This document shows positions 23,257-33,401 of a stretch of 64,000 bases of DNA, in pieces (the first letter of the stretch is position 1; every line of letters begins with the position of its first letter). The stretch comes from Fimbriimonadales bacterium (lineage in GTDB: Bacteria; Armatimonadota; Fimbriimonadia; Fimbriimonadales; ATM1). The DNA is taken from assembly GCA_041744215.1 (NCBI GenBank), contig JBGTLG010000039.1:32001-96000 (forward strand), read 5' to 3'. The notes under the pieces are model-generated. The model searched no databases. It was not told the origin of the DNA and saw only the letters and a list, made by a program, of their open reading frames with translations. Both the position numbers and the translations under genes were made by a program.

Positions 23257-25086
23257 ATGTGTGGCATCGCCGGATACATCGGCCCGAGGGAGGCCGTAAC
23301 AATAGTCTTTGATCAGATCACCCGACTGGAGTACCGTGGATACGACAGCGCTGGCGTTGCCTACGGCACCGAGACCGGCATCGGCGTTCTGAAAAAGGCA
23401 GGGAAGCTGAACAATCTTGGTCAATTGATCGAAAACGAAAGGCCGGTTGCTCACATTGCAATGGCGCACAGCCGCTGGGCAACCCATGGCGGGCCAACAG
23501 ATGAAAACGCCCACCCTCACTATGACCAGTCCGGCAAGATAGCGGTGATTCACAACGGAATCATTGAGAACTACTACGAGCTTGGTGAGGCACTCAAGCT
23601 GAAGGGTCATCGATTTGAGAGCCAAACGGATACTGAAGTCGCCGCGCATGTCATCGGCGAAGAGTACGCAGTAACGGGACTGTTCGTAGAAGCCGTGAGG
23701 CGCGCAGTTCGCCGATTGCGCGGCGCGTTTGCGATGGTAGTCATGTGCATTGACGAACCGGATAAAATCGTCACCGTCCGAAACGCAAGCCCGCTTGTCT
23801 TAGGAGTTGGACAGGGGGAAAACTTTCTCGCAAGCGACATACCGGCCCTGCTTCCGTACACGCGAGACGTAATCGTGATGGACGAAGGCGACCTCGCAGT
23901 GCTAACCCGTGAGGAAATCTACCTCGAAGATGCTGAAGGTAAACCGAAACTCCCAAAGCGGGTTCACATTGACTGGAACATCGAAGCTGCAGAGAAAGGT
24001 GGTTATGAGCACTTCATGATCAAGGAGATCATGGAGCAGCCTCATTCGATCCGCCAGTGCCTAGCGGGTCGGCTGCTAAAAGACGAGACAGTTGCCCTCC
24101 CCGACACGTTCTCCACAGATGAATGGAGGCGATTCGAGCGGGTGATTGTGCTGGCCTGTGGAACTGCGTACCACGCGGGACTTCTAGGTAAGCAAGTTTT
24201 TGAAAGCCTCCTCAGAATGCCTGTGGAGGTTAATTTTGCGAGCGAGTTTAGATACAACAATCCAATTCTTCGGCCAAGTGATTTGGTCATCGTAATCAGC
24301 CAGAGCGGTGAGACTGCGGACACCCTGGCCGCACTAAGGGTTGCGAAAGAGGGCGGAGCAAAGTCGCTTGGGGTAGTGAACGTCGTCGGCAGCAACATTG
24401 CCCGAGAATGCGACGCGGTGCTTTACACTCAGGCTGGGCCAGAAATCTCCGTGGCGAGCACCAAGGCATACACGGCCCAGGCAGCGCTCCTGACGCTGAT
24501 CGCGCTCCATATGGCGCAGCACAGAGCGCCGGACAAAGAGAAGTACCAGCGACTAATCACAGAGCTTGAGCGGCTTCCTGAACACATTGAGGTCTGCCTT
24601 CGAGCAGACGAAGAGGTGATCAGGGTTGCCGAAAGCATTCGCAATACACCTCTCATCTTTTTCCTTGGCCGAGGTGCAGACGCGGCAGTTGCGATGGAGG
24701 GTGCGCTCAAGATGAAGGAGATCGCGTACATACCCACGCAAGAATCACCAGCGGGAGAGATGAAACACGGACCGCTGGCACTAGTTACCGAAGGAGTCGT
24801 CGCAGTCTTCGGGGTAACAAACCCGCCAACGCGAGAGAAAGTGATTAGCAACATTAAGGAAGTGAAGGCGCGCAGTGGGACCGTGGTCGCGGTCGTAATG
24901 GAAAGTGACACAGTTACGCCAGCGGAGTCCGACTTCCTGCTACGCATTCCTCACATTGACTCTAACGTGATCGCAGCCATCACTTCCGTGGTCCCCCTAC
25001 AGTTGCTCGCTTATCATGTGGCCAGGCTCCGAGGATGCGATATTGACCAGCCTCGAAACCTGGCGAAGTCAGTTACAGTCGAATAG
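23257..25086 (+). CDS. glmS: Glutamine--fructose-6-phosphate aminotransferase
   Basis: MCGIAG, LEYRGYDSAG, HSRWATHG, SQSGETAD, PRNLAKSVTVE. Confidence 0.99.
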   Translation: MCGIAGYIGPREAVTIVFDQITRLEYRGYDSAGVAYGTETGIGVLKKAGKLNNLGQLIENERPVAHIAMAHSRWATHGGPTDENAHPHYDQSGKIAVIHNGIIENYYELGEALKLKGHRFESQTDTEVAAHVIGEEYAVTGLFVEAVRRAVRRLRGAFAMVVMCIDEPDKIVTVRNASPLVLGVGQGENFLASDIPALLPYTRDVIVMDEGDLAVLTREEIYLEDAEGKPKLPKRVHIDWNIEAAEKGGYEHFMIKEIMEQPHSIRQCLAGRLLKDETVALPDTFSTDEWRRFERVIVLACGTAYHAGLLGKQVFESLLRMPVEVNFASEFRYNNPILRPSDLVIVISQSGETADTLAALRVAKEGGAKSLGVVNVVGSNIARECDAVLYTQAGPEISVASTKAYTAQAALLTLIALHMAQHRAPDKEKYQRLITELERLPEHIEVCLRADEEVIRVAESIRNTPLIFFLGRGADAAVAMEGALKMKEIAYIPTQESPAGEMKHGPLALVTEGVVAVFGVTNPPTREKVISNIKEVKARSGTVVAVVMESDTVTPAESDFLLRIPHIDSNVIAAITSVVPLQLLAYHVARLRGCDIDQPRNLAKSVTVE

Positions 25087-25089
25087 CCA

Positions 25090-25839
25090 TCAGTCGAACT
25101 TCTCAAGTTTTGGCTCCCGTAGCTTTACAGGGGCGCTTGCCTTCTTCTTAAGCCGAAGATTGAGCATCTCTACGACGATCGCGAACGCCATTGCAAAGTA
25201 AGTGTATCCCTTTGGGACGTGTACGCCAGTGCCTTCAGCGACAAGGTTCGCCCCAATGAGAACGAGAAATGAAAGAGCTAGCATCTTGACCGTAGGATGA
25301 GACTCGACAAAGTCGGCGACTGGCCGCGCATAGATCATCATTAGTGCGATGGAAATCACTACCGCTGCGATCATCACCCCAAGCATGTTTGACATTCCGA
25401 TCGCGGTCAGCACCGAGTCGAGCGAGAACACGAGATCGAGAAGCGCGATTTGAACTATTACTGAAGTGAACGTCACTTTCTTTGGTGCTTCGCCGTGCAC
25501 TTCGACTCCTTCGAGCTTGTCGTGGATCTCTCGAACGCTCTTCCAAATAAGGAACAAGCCTCCAAGCACAAGAATGACGTCGCGACCCGTAACAGGCTCG
25601 TTGAAAATCACAAACAGCGTCGAAGTCAATCCAAGTATCCAAGTTATCGATAAGAGCAACAGCACGCGCATCACCAAAGCCGTTGTAAGGCCGATACGAA
25701 ACGCAAGCCCCCGCTGCTGCTTCGGCAGCTTGCCGGCAAGAATCGAGATGAAAACAATGTTATCGATTCCTAATACGATCTCAATGAGCGTCAAAGATAA
25801 GAGGCCGATCCAAACTTCCGGATTTGAAACCCAGTCCAT
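25090..25839 (-). CDS. TerC family membrane protein
   Basis: EIVLGIDNIVFI, DLVFSLDSV, HPTVKMLALSFL, KGYTYFAMAF. Confidence 0.95.
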   Translation of the reverse strand: MDWVSNPEVWIGLLSLTLIEIVLGIDNIVFISILAGKLPKQQRGLAFRIGLTTALVMRVLLLLSITWILGLTSTLFVIFNEPVTGRDVILVLGGLFLIWKSVREIHDKLEGVEVHGEAPKKVTFTSVIVQIALLDLVFSLDSVLTAIGMSNMLGVMIAAVVISIALMMIYARPVADFVESHPTVKMLALSFLVLIGANLVAEGTGVHVPKGYTYFAMAFAIVVEMLNLRLKKKASAPVKLREPKLEKFD

Positions 25840-25974
25840 TGCCGGATTGTACCGTTCGCTTTGCGGGGTCGAAAGTCCTGATCCTCGCCGCTGATCCGAC
25901 TTTTCGACGCCGTTTGGCGGATAACGTTGATGGCACCTCTAACTGAAGAGCGGCCGCAAACAGGAGGCTTATCA

Positions 25975-26493
25975 ATGTTGATCATCGGAGACGTCTTGGC
26001 TTTTCTTGCAGGAATCACTCTGCTTGCCGCTTCTTCTTGGGCGCTCACTATGTGCACTTCGCTCATGTTTCCTGGCCGAACAGAGAGAGCCCGCGATCTT
26101 CTGTTCGCTAAGCCATGGCAAACACTTCTGGTTGGAATCCTACTGCTGGCGCTGCCAGGGACGGTTTCAGTTTCCCTCCTAGCGCAGCCTTTGCCTGGAT
26201 TGAAGCTGCTTGGTTGGATTGGGCTGATGTTACTCCTTGCGATGGCTGCCGTTGGCTCAGGGGGCTTGGCCACGCTCGTCTCCGCTCGTATCCGAGCGCT
26301 GGCACCCGAGCTGACGCTATTGGCTGCAACGGGCCGCGCTTCCGCAATCATCGTGACAGCGGCGCTCTTCCCAGTCCTGGGCTGGTTCGTTTTTACTCCC
26401 CTCACGCTGTTGTTTTCACTAGGGGCAGGTTTTCGTGCGATCGTTGAGCGCGATCGTATACGGGCAAGCCTAGCTGGCACACTGGAAAAGTGA
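25975..26493 (+). CDS. Hypothetical multi-TM membrane protein
   Basis: AGGAGG upstream of ATG 25975; hydrophobic segments; GTGA overlap with DUF1800 gene. Confidence 0.75.
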   Translation: MLIIGDVLAFLAGITLLAASSWALTMCTSLMFPGRTERARDLLFAKPWQTLLVGILLLALPGTVSVSLLAQPLPGLKLLGWIGLMLLLAMAAVGSGGLATLVSARIRALAPELTLLAATGRASAIIVTAALFPVLGWFVFTPLTLLFSLGAGFRAIVERDRIRASLAGTLEK

Positions 26494-27890
26494 GCGATAC
26501 AAGCAGCCGACGCGAGTTTCTGTCAATCATGGCGGGCTCTGCCGGCATGCTGGCTGGCTGCCGCCTTTTGCAGTTTCAAGAGGGCGAGTCGCTGCCTGAG
26601 TCGGTTTCGCTGCCGACTCAACGCGTCGAAGCCCACGTCCGCCTTCTGAATCGAGCCACTTTCGGCCCGAGACCAGGAGACATCGGGCGGGTGGATGCAC
26701 TCGGGAGAAAGGACTACGTCGACGCGCTACTAAGAGCAGACGGAAGTGAGTCTCTTGGCCTGATCTCCCGATTACATCGTATCGATGTCTTGCGGATGGA
26801 CGGATCGGAACTCATGGACCTGCCAAGGGAGGAGATCATACGGCAGTTGCAGCAAGCCGCACTTCTTCGCGCAACTTTTGGCAGAAATCAACTTCTCGAG
26901 CGACTGGTGGAATTCTGGTCAAATCACTTCAACATCTACGCTCGTAAGAGCGAAGGAATGTATCTGTTGCCTGCAGACACTGAGCGAGTCATACGGTCTA
27001 ATGCGCTGGGCAGGTTTGGTGATCTGCTTGCTGCGTCAGCAAAGAGCCCGGCTATGCTCTTGTACCTCGACAACCAAGTGAATCGAAAGGGCGTACCGAA
27101 CGAGAACTATGCACGAGAACTGTTGGAACTGCACACGATGGGTGTTGACGGCGGATATTCGCAGACTGACGTACAGGAAGTCGCGCGGTGCCTGACCGGA
27201 TGGACGATCGAATCTCGGTTCTTGAGACCCCGAGGCAAGTTCCGCTTCGACAGCTCAATGCACGACGAGGGCGAAAAACTTGTGCTTGGCACTCGGATTC
27301 CTCCCGGCGGTGGGATTTCCGATGGGGAGCGTGTGCTTCGAATACTGGCCAGCCATCCATCGACGGCTAGTTTCATTTCTCGGAAGTTGTGCCGTTACTT
27401 TCTCGGACACGAACCACCGGAGTGGGTCGAACAGACCAAGGCAACTTATCTAAGAACGAACGGAGACCTTCGAGCTATGTTGCGACCGATTCTCCTCGCG
27501 GACGCGCTCACCGAGGCGCCTGCGATTGTCAAGAGACCTTTCGACTTCGTTGTTTCATCGCTGCGCGCTTTAGACGCGGTGACGGATGCGAGCCTGCCTC
27601 TCCAAAGTTACCTGACGTCAATGGGGCAACCGTTGTATCAGTGGCCAATGCCTGATGGATATCCTGATGCAACAGCGTCGTGGACTGGCTCGCTGCTTTC
27701 GAGATGGAAGTTTGCGACGGATTTGGTGGGAGATCGCATCAGCGGCACTACTGTGTCCCTGAAGCGACTCAAGGAGCGAGGTGCCGACTGGTCCGAACTG
27801 ATTGCCAAGCCAAACAGTCCTTTGAAGTTGGGTGTTGATGATGAAAGGGTCGCCCTGCTCCTTTGTTCTCCTGAGTTTCAATGGCGGTGA
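26490..27890 (+). CDS. DUF1800 family protein (Tat signal, possible lipoprotein)
   Basis: SRREFL + LAGC; LLNRATFGPRP, FWSNHF, MLLYLDN, NENYARELLELHTMG. Confidence 0.93.
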   Translation: MSDTSSRREFLSIMAGSAGMLAGCRLLQFQEGESLPESVSLPTQRVEAHVRLLNRATFGPRPGDIGRVDALGRKDYVDALLRADGSESLGLISRLHRIDVLRMDGSELMDLPREEIIRQLQQAALLRATFGRNQLLERLVEFWSNHFNIYARKSEGMYLLPADTERVIRSNALGRFGDLLAASAKSPAMLLYLDNQVNRKGVPNENYARELLELHTMGVDGGYSQTDVQEVARCLTGWTIESRFLRPRGKFRFDSSMHDEGEKLVLGTRIPPGGGISDGERVLRILASHPSTASFISRKLCRYFLGHEPPEWVEQTKATYLRTNGDLRAMLRPILLADALTEAPAIVKRPFDFVVSSLRALDAVTDASLPLQSYLTSMGQPLYQWPMPDGYPDATASWTGSLLSRWKFATDLVGDRISGTTVSLKRLKERGADWSELIAKPNSPLKLGVDDERVALLLCSPEFQWR

Positions 27891-29182
27891 CGAAAATGAT
27901 AAACCACTGGATGACTTGTGACGGGGACTCACGTGAGTACGCGCTTCGATCGCCGGAAACCTCACCCCTCTCGCGGCGAAATCTGCTGACTGCCGCGCTT
28001 TTGTCCAGTGTGTGGTGGACAAAACGACCTGCGACAGGGATTACTGAGTTAGCAGTATCGTCAAACGGACGACACGACAACGTGTTAGTCGTGGTCTTCT
28101 TGCGCGGCGGTGCCGACGGGCTGAATGTCGTAGTCCCGTATCTCGAAGATTCGTACCATCGCGAACGTCCGACACTTCGAATCAGAAACCCCCTCGATCT
28201 TGACGGGTTCTTTGGATTTCATCCCGCGATGGCTGCATTGCTGCCTCACTATCGCGACGGTGAACTGGCGGTCCTCCACGCAGTGGGGTCGGGAGACACG
28301 ACGCGATCCCACTTTGAAGCTATGTCAGCTATGGAACGCGGCCTAAAGGCTGAGGGCCCGGGCGATACGAGCGGCTGGATTGCCAGGCACCTCAATGCAA
28401 CTCGACCACCCGCAGCGTCTCCGCTGCGAGCAGTTTCGATCAGCTCAATAGTGCCCGACAGTCTTCGTGGAGCAACATCAGCCGTCGCCATGACATCTAT
28501 CGCCGAGTATCGACTCGAACCTCCGTTCGATAAGAGCCTCGTCCTACGTGGCCTCGAGCGCCTTTATGAACATGGTCGTGATGAGATCTCGCAAGCTGGC
28601 CGCGAATCGCTCACAGTCTTGAAAGAGATTGAGCAACTAGATCCTGCAAAGTATTCTCCCGATTCAAAGCATCCGTATCCCCAAAGCGAACTCGGGGAAT
28701 CACTCAAGCAAATCGCTATGCTGATAAAAGCGGATGTCGGCTTAGAAGTCGCTTGTGTAGACCGCGGAGGATGGGACACCCACGTCGCGCAAGGGGCTGA
28801 GTCTGGGTGGTTGGCGGGAAACCTCGCTGATGTATCTGCTGCACTAAGTACGTTCGCAGGTGATCTCAACAAGGAAATGGAGCGCGTCACCGTTGTGGTT
28901 ATGACAGAGTTCGGGCGCCGTGTCTATGAAAACACAGGTCTAGGTACCGATCACGGACGTGCAAGCTTTATGTTGCTCATGGGCGGCGGTGTACGCGGCG
29001 GGCGCGTGTACGCCGATTGGCCAGGCATTGATCGCGACAACCTCGAAGGCCCCGGCGACCTCCGAGTCACGACCGACTACCGTAGCGTTCTTTCGGAGGT
29101 GCTTGAGAGGCGCCTGATGAACACGGCAACTACCGAAGTTTTCAAGGGGCTAAGCAGACCCAGAATTGGCGTTTTTGCTTAG
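27881..29182 (+). CDS. DUF1501 family protein
   Basis: VVVFLRGGADGLN, RSHFEAM, GGWDTH, TEFGRR, GTDHG. Confidence 0.93.
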   Translation: MAVTKMINHWMTCDGDSREYALRSPETSPLSRRNLLTAALLSSVWWTKRPATGITELAVSSNGRHDNVLVVVFLRGGADGLNVVVPYLEDSYHRERPTLRIRNPLDLDGFFGFHPAMAALLPHYRDGELAVLHAVGSGDTTRSHFEAMSAMERGLKAEGPGDTSGWIARHLNATRPPAASPLRAVSISSIVPDSLRGATSAVAMTSIAEYRLEPPFDKSLVLRGLERLYEHGRDEISQAGRESLTVLKEIEQLDPAKYSPDSKHPYPQSELGESLKQIAMLIKADVGLEVACVDRGGWDTHVAQGAESGWLAGNLADVSAALSTFAGDLNKEMERVTVVVMTEFGRRVYENTGLGTDHGRASFMLLMGGGVRGGRVYADWPGIDRDNLEGPGDLRVTTDYRSVLSEVLERRLMNTATTEVFKGLSRPRIGVFA

Positions 29183-29508
29183 GTTCGCCTTTTCGTCCTT
29201 GCTACCGCTAGAGCTTTCTTGATCCAGCCTTCCAGCTCAGGCGGGCTATTCAGTACGCTGTCCGGTACCTCCCAATAGTGCATGGGTGTTGAAGAGTCAT
29301 AAGGGTGGAACGGACTCATCCCGTAATCTTCGAAGTCTGGTCGGTTGGAGTCGTCGACCTTAAAGTACAATTTATCCTCCGCTATGAGTGCGAAGAACAA
29401 GTCGCTTGAGTAGATCCCAACTCCTCCAAACATTGCTTTCGTCCGAATCGGCACTATCTCCGATAACTTCTCTTCTATCAATTCCCGGTACTCAGCTGTA
29501 AAACCCAT
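29179..29508 (-). CDS. TfoX/Sxy N-terminal domain protein
   Basis: KAMFGGVGIY, FFALI, LYFKVD, MHYWEVP; start ATG 29508. Confidence 0.88.
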   Translation of the reverse strand: MGFTAEYRELIEEKLSEIVPIRTKAMFGGVGIYSSDLFFALIAEDKLYFKVDDSNRPDFEDYGMSPFHPYDSSTPMHYWEVPDSVLNSPPELEGWIKKALAVARTKRRT

Positions 29509-29515
29509 AGCGATG

Positions 29516-30559
29516 TCACGATTCTGACAGACGTGAAAGCCTCTGAGTGCACAGGTTGGGATCATGTCGGACGCTCAGCGATTCAACCACTGCCATTTGC
29601 TTATGTTCTGTTGAACCCGGGTTAGGAGCCGGCAATGGCCGAAGTTGCAGTATCACTGCCATGTACGATACATACAGTGCGATAAGGAGCACACTGCGTG
29701 ATCTCGGGATGCTTCCGGACCTTCGTGGGTAGGCGCACAACAGGACCACGATACCAAAGATGATGCCGATGCTCAGTTCTCTGAGCTCTATGCTGATTGG
29801 ATGAATCGACCCAGCAATCGGAACCACAAAGAGGACGTTGAAGATATTGCTCCCTATCACCGTGCCCAATCCAACTTCATCATGACCCTTTAGCCTGGAA
29901 ATCATTACTGTCGCCAACTCTGGGATCGTAGTTCCTATGGCGACAAGCGTCGCGCCAACGACGAACGTATCCAGCCCAAACAACTCACCGACGCCTGCCG
30001 CCCCAATCACGATTGTGTGCCCCGCGACTCCAAGAAGTGCAAGGCCGACGACACACCAAACAATTATCAAGGAGTGGTTGACTTCGCCTAGAGTTTCGAC
30101 TACGCTGCTCCTCTGTCTCCGCGCCTCGATTATCACCGCTGTGAGCCAACCGAAGAAAAGCAGAATCATGATCGCAGAGTCCAACCGTGAGAGCTGACCA
30201 TCGACTGCGAACAGAATCAGGACGACTGGAGCAAGCACCGCGACAGGAAACTCGCGCTTCAAAGTGCCGCGGGTGGCAGTGATGGAGGACATGAAGAGCG
30301 CAATCGCTAGGATGAGCGCGACGTTCGAGACGTTGCTCCCGATCGCGTTGCCAAGCGATATCTGGGGCTCCTTCGCAAGGCCGGAGGAGACGGCTACGGC
30401 GACCTCAGCGCTCGACGTAGCGAACGCCGCAACGGTTGCGCCGATGATTCCGGGCGATACCCGGGCCCAATGGGCGAGGCCGACTGCCCCACGGACAAAC
30501 AACTCACCCCCAAGGCCCGCACAGACGAAGCCGATCGCGAGCGCAAGCCAAGGGTTCAT
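29516..30559 (-). CDS. Calcium/sodium antiporter (CaCA, YrbG-like)
   Basis: Two alpha repeats: ATSSAE/GNAIGSN and GTTIPE/GTVIGSN; start ATG 30559. Confidence 0.92.
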   Translation of the reverse strand: MNPWLALAIGFVCAGLGGELFVRGAVGLAHWARVSPGIIGATVAAFATSSAEVAVAVSSGLAKEPQISLGNAIGSNVSNVALILAIALFMSSITATRGTLKREFPVAVLAPVVLILFAVDGQLSRLDSAIMILLFFGWLTAVIIEARRQRSSVVETLGEVNHSLIIVWCVVGLALLGVAGHTIVIGAAGVGELFGLDTFVVGATLVAIGTTIPELATVMISRLKGHDEVGLGTVIGSNIFNVLFVVPIAGSIHPISIELRELSIGIIFGIVVLLCAYPRRSGSIPRSRSVLLIALYVSYMAVILQLRPLPAPNPGSTEHKQMAVVESLSVRHDPNLCTQRLSRLSES

Positions 30560-30660
30560 CGACGCGCATTTTAGCGTCCGGCGCGTGATAAGTTTCGGAT
30601 GATAGACTCCAGCCCCAACCAGGCGGTATAATTGCGGCTCATTCATCCGAGGTCGATCCC

Positions 30661-30795
30661 ATGAAGCGAACCTACCAACCCAACAATCGGCACAAGCACA
30701 AGACCCACGGATTCCGGACTCGCATGAAGACCCGGAACGGTCAAAACGTGCTTAAGCGGCGGCGGCAGAAAGGTCGCCACAAGCTTGCTGCCTAA
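30661..30795 (+). CDS. rpmH: 50S ribosomal protein L34 (absent from ORF track)
   Basis: Manual translation [52 protein letters not shown] and GAGG upstream. Confidence 0.98.
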   Translation: MKRTYQPNNRHKHKTHGFRTRMKTRNGQNVLKRRRQKGRHKLAA

Positions 30796-31108
30796 GAGCC
30801 GCCGCTTGCGAGCGAAGGCTGACTTCGAACGAGTTTTCAGGGCCGGGCAGGTCGTAGACCGCCCAGAACTGCGTATAATCTGGTGCCGAGGCGACGGTAA
30901 AGCCGCCGTTGTCGCGGCTAAGGCGATAGGAAGCCTAGCTCACCGCAACCGGGTGCGGAGACGCTGGCGGGAAGCACTCAGGCTGATGGTCGATCGCCTC
31001 CCCGGAGACGTTGACATGGTAGTTCTTGTGAAGCCACGGGGCCTGGCTATCCAAGGGCAGCGGGCTGTTGAACTCCTGGGCGACGCGCTCGGACTGCTAC
31101 CGAATTGA
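30785..31108 (+). CDS. rnpA: Ribonuclease P protein component
   Basis: [19 protein letters not shown] (RNR motif); follows rpmH. Confidence 0.92.
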   Translation: MLPKSRRLRAKADFERVFRAGQVVDRPELRIIWCRGDGKAAVVAAKAIGSLAHRNRVRRRWREALRLMVDRLPGDVDMVVLVKPRGLAIQGQRAVELLGDALGLLPN

Positions 31109-31323
31109 GACAGTTGGGAACAAAGATGGGTGTTGGCCTCATCAGGCTCTACCAGCGGGGCACACGCTGGAAGCCGGCTGTGTGCCGATTCACGCCCACC
31201 TGCTCACAATACACTTTGGAGGCGATACAGAAGTACGGATTGATGAAAGGAAGTTGGATGGGTGTTCGACGCATCGCGCGTTGTCATCCATGGCATCCTG
31301 GCGGATTCGATCCGGTACCCTGA
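31105..31323 (+). CDS. yidD: Membrane protein insertion efficiency factor
   Basis: [27 protein letters not shown]. Confidence 0.97.
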   Translation: MRQLGTKMGVGLIRLYQRGTRWKPAVCRFTPTCSQYTLEAIQKYGLMKGSWMGVRRIARCHPWHPGGFDPVP

Positions 31324-31337
31324 GGCTCGGCTAACTT

Positions 31338-32609
31338 ATGGCGCAACCTTCTCCTAGAAGCAACTTCATCACCATGCTTATGGTGATGGCCGTGGTTTTC
31401 CTCGGCTACAACCTTTTTTGCGGACAACGAGGAACTCCAGCACCGACTGAACAGCTGCGAGACAACTACATCAAGGCCGTTGAGGCGAACTCTCCGCAGC
31501 AGATCATTGAGAATGGTGTGGCTTATGGGCAGCGGCTGCGAACTGAAGCAGACGCGTTCGAGGGGGACCGAAAGCAGAGAGCGATCTCGGAGGCGCGACA
31601 GATTGAACTAGCGGTTGCCGATGCGCAGTTTAAAGACGCCGAGGCGCGTCAGGATTTCAACGTTGCAATCATGGCCTATCAGGCATTCGATCGCCTTGCG
31701 CTCGACGCGGAAGGCACTGAGGTTGGCGCGAAAGCGGCTGAGCGGAAACTCGCTAGTCGGGACTTAGCGACTAAGCTGCCAAAGAGCCCGATCATCCAAG
31801 TTGGATACGATTTCATCAACTGGCTAGTCAGCGCGACTGGAAGGGTCCCAGCGTTCAGCTTCTGGTTCGCCGCGCTAATCTTGGCCCTTATCGTTCGCGC
31901 ACTCGTTTGGCCCCTGGCGACCAAACAAATCATGGGCTTCAAGCGCATGGGACTTCTCCAGCCGATGATTAAAGAGCTTCAAGAGAAGTACCAGGGCGCA
32001 GAGCTTCAGTCGCGAATGATGAAGCTGTACGCGAAGTACGGAATAAACCCGCTCGCGGGCTGTTGGCCTGCACTAGTCCAACTTCCCTTCTTCTTCTGGG
32101 TGTTCTACTGCATGAACGCCTATCGATTCGAGTTTCAATCGGGATACTTCCTCTGGGTGAACCCCGAGACGGCGAAGATGATGCCTGGTATCTTGGCGCC
32201 AAACTTGGGCGAGCGGGACATTCCTCTGGTAATCCTCTACGGTATCTCGATGATCGTGAGCACGATGGTGACTCCAGTCGACCCTCAGAACGCGAAACAG
32301 ACGCGGATGATAGGAATCATCATGGCCGTTGCGTTCACAGGCATCATGTTGATGCCATTTGCTCCGTTCCCGAGCGCTTTTGTGGTGTATTGGATTGGCA
32401 TAAATGTGTTGTCAACGGCGCAATCAATCTACTTATCAAGGCAGCCTATTCCACCTCTCGTTGAAATCCCGGAGTCTGAGAGAAAGAAGGGGGGTATGTT
32501 TGGTGGACTGACGCCAACAGACGGACCCGCAAAGAACGGTAACGCCGTTAAGCCGCGAGAGAAAACAGGTGCGCCTAAGCTGCACAAACCGAAGAAGAAG
32601 AAAAAGTAA
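31338..32609 (+). CDS. yidC: Membrane protein insertase
   Basis: LIVRALVWPL, LQPMIKELQEKY, GINPLAGCWPALVQLP, YW; synteny. Confidence 0.93.
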   Translation: MAQPSPRSNFITMLMVMAVVFLGYNLFCGQRGTPAPTEQLRDNYIKAVEANSPQQIIENGVAYGQRLRTEADAFEGDRKQRAISEARQIELAVADAQFKDAEARQDFNVAIMAYQAFDRLALDAEGTEVGAKAAERKLASRDLATKLPKSPIIQVGYDFINWLVSATGRVPAFSFWFAALILALIVRALVWPLATKQIMGFKRMGLLQPMIKELQEKYQGAELQSRMMKLYAKYGINPLAGCWPALVQLPFFFWVFYCMNAYRFEFQSGYFLWVNPETAKMMPGILAPNLGERDIPLVILYGISMIVSTMVTPVDPQNAKQTRMIGIIMAVAFTGIMLMPFAPFPSAFVVYWIGINVLSTAQSIYLSRQPIPPLVEIPESERKKGGMFGGLTPTDGPAKNGNAVKPREKTGAPKLHKPKKKKK

Positions 32610-32639
32610 ACGAATTCCATTTGGGAGGAATCCAAATCC

Positions 32640-33401
32640 ATGTCGGAACAAACAATCGAAGCAACTGGCAGAACACTTGACGAAGCGAAGCGCGCAGCGG
32701 CAGACGCATTAGGCGTTTCCGTAGACGACTGTTCTTTCGAAGTAGTAGAGGAAGGCGCAAAGGGACTCTTTGCCAAGAACAACTACAAAGTGCGGGCGGC
32801 TATCGCAGACAAGCCAAAGCCTGTGCGCAAGCGTGTCACTAAGACTGTCGAGAAGGCGAAAGAGCCAGAGACAGGAGCAGCGCAGCCCTCACGACCGGAG
32901 GCTCGTGATGATGCGGTTGAGCCGGGTCCTGCCGTCGAAGCGACGGAAGCTGACGGAGAAGCTTGTCGAGATCTAGTGCAAGGATTATTCGGCGTATGCG
33001 AGTTAGACATTGAAGTTGCCGTTGAAGGGATTTCAGGAAAGTACGTAAACCTCAGCCTCTCAGGAGAGGACGTCGGGATGCTTCTTCAATCCAAAAGCCC
33101 GGCCATCGACTCGATTCAGTATCTCTCGAATGCGATGCTTACGCGAGTGCTTCCCGGTGGAGTCCGAATCACGCTTGACGCAAAGAAACACCGCGAACAG
33201 CGGCGCATCGCTCTTGAGGCGGAAGCTCGCGCGATCGCCGACGAGGTAATCAAGATTCAACAAGAAGCGGTGTTCGATGCGTTGCCGGCTCACGAGCGAA
33301 GGATCATTCACCAGTCACTAATCGACTATGAAGGAGTTGAAACTTACAGCGAGGGCGAAGAGCCGAATCGCCGCGTCGTTATCTCGCCCAAGTCAGGGTA
33401 A
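32640..33401 (+). CDS. jag: Jag/KhpB (EloR) RNA-binding protein
   Basis: Jag_N (IEATGRTLDEA...GAKGLF), KH-like region, R3H (ERRIIH), YSEGEEPNRRVVI. Confidence 0.92.
   Translation: MSEQTIEATGRTLDEAKRAAADALGVSVDDCSFEVVEEGAKGLFAKNNYKVRAAIADKPKPVRKRVTKTVEKAKEPETGAAQPSRPEARDDAVEPGPAVEATEADGEACRDLVQGLFGVCELDIEVAVEGISGKYVNLSLSGEDVGMLLQSKSPAIDSIQYLSNAMLTRVLPGGVRITLDAKKHREQRRIALEAEARAIADEVIKIQQEAVFDALPAHERRIIHQSLIDYEGVETYSEGEEPNRRVVISPKSG

Noticed and set aside
25791-26480. 229-aa minus-strand ORF (similarly 18475-19017, 11088-11909, 7732-8475, 3443-4174)
   Set aside because: Antisense shadows of better-supported genes.
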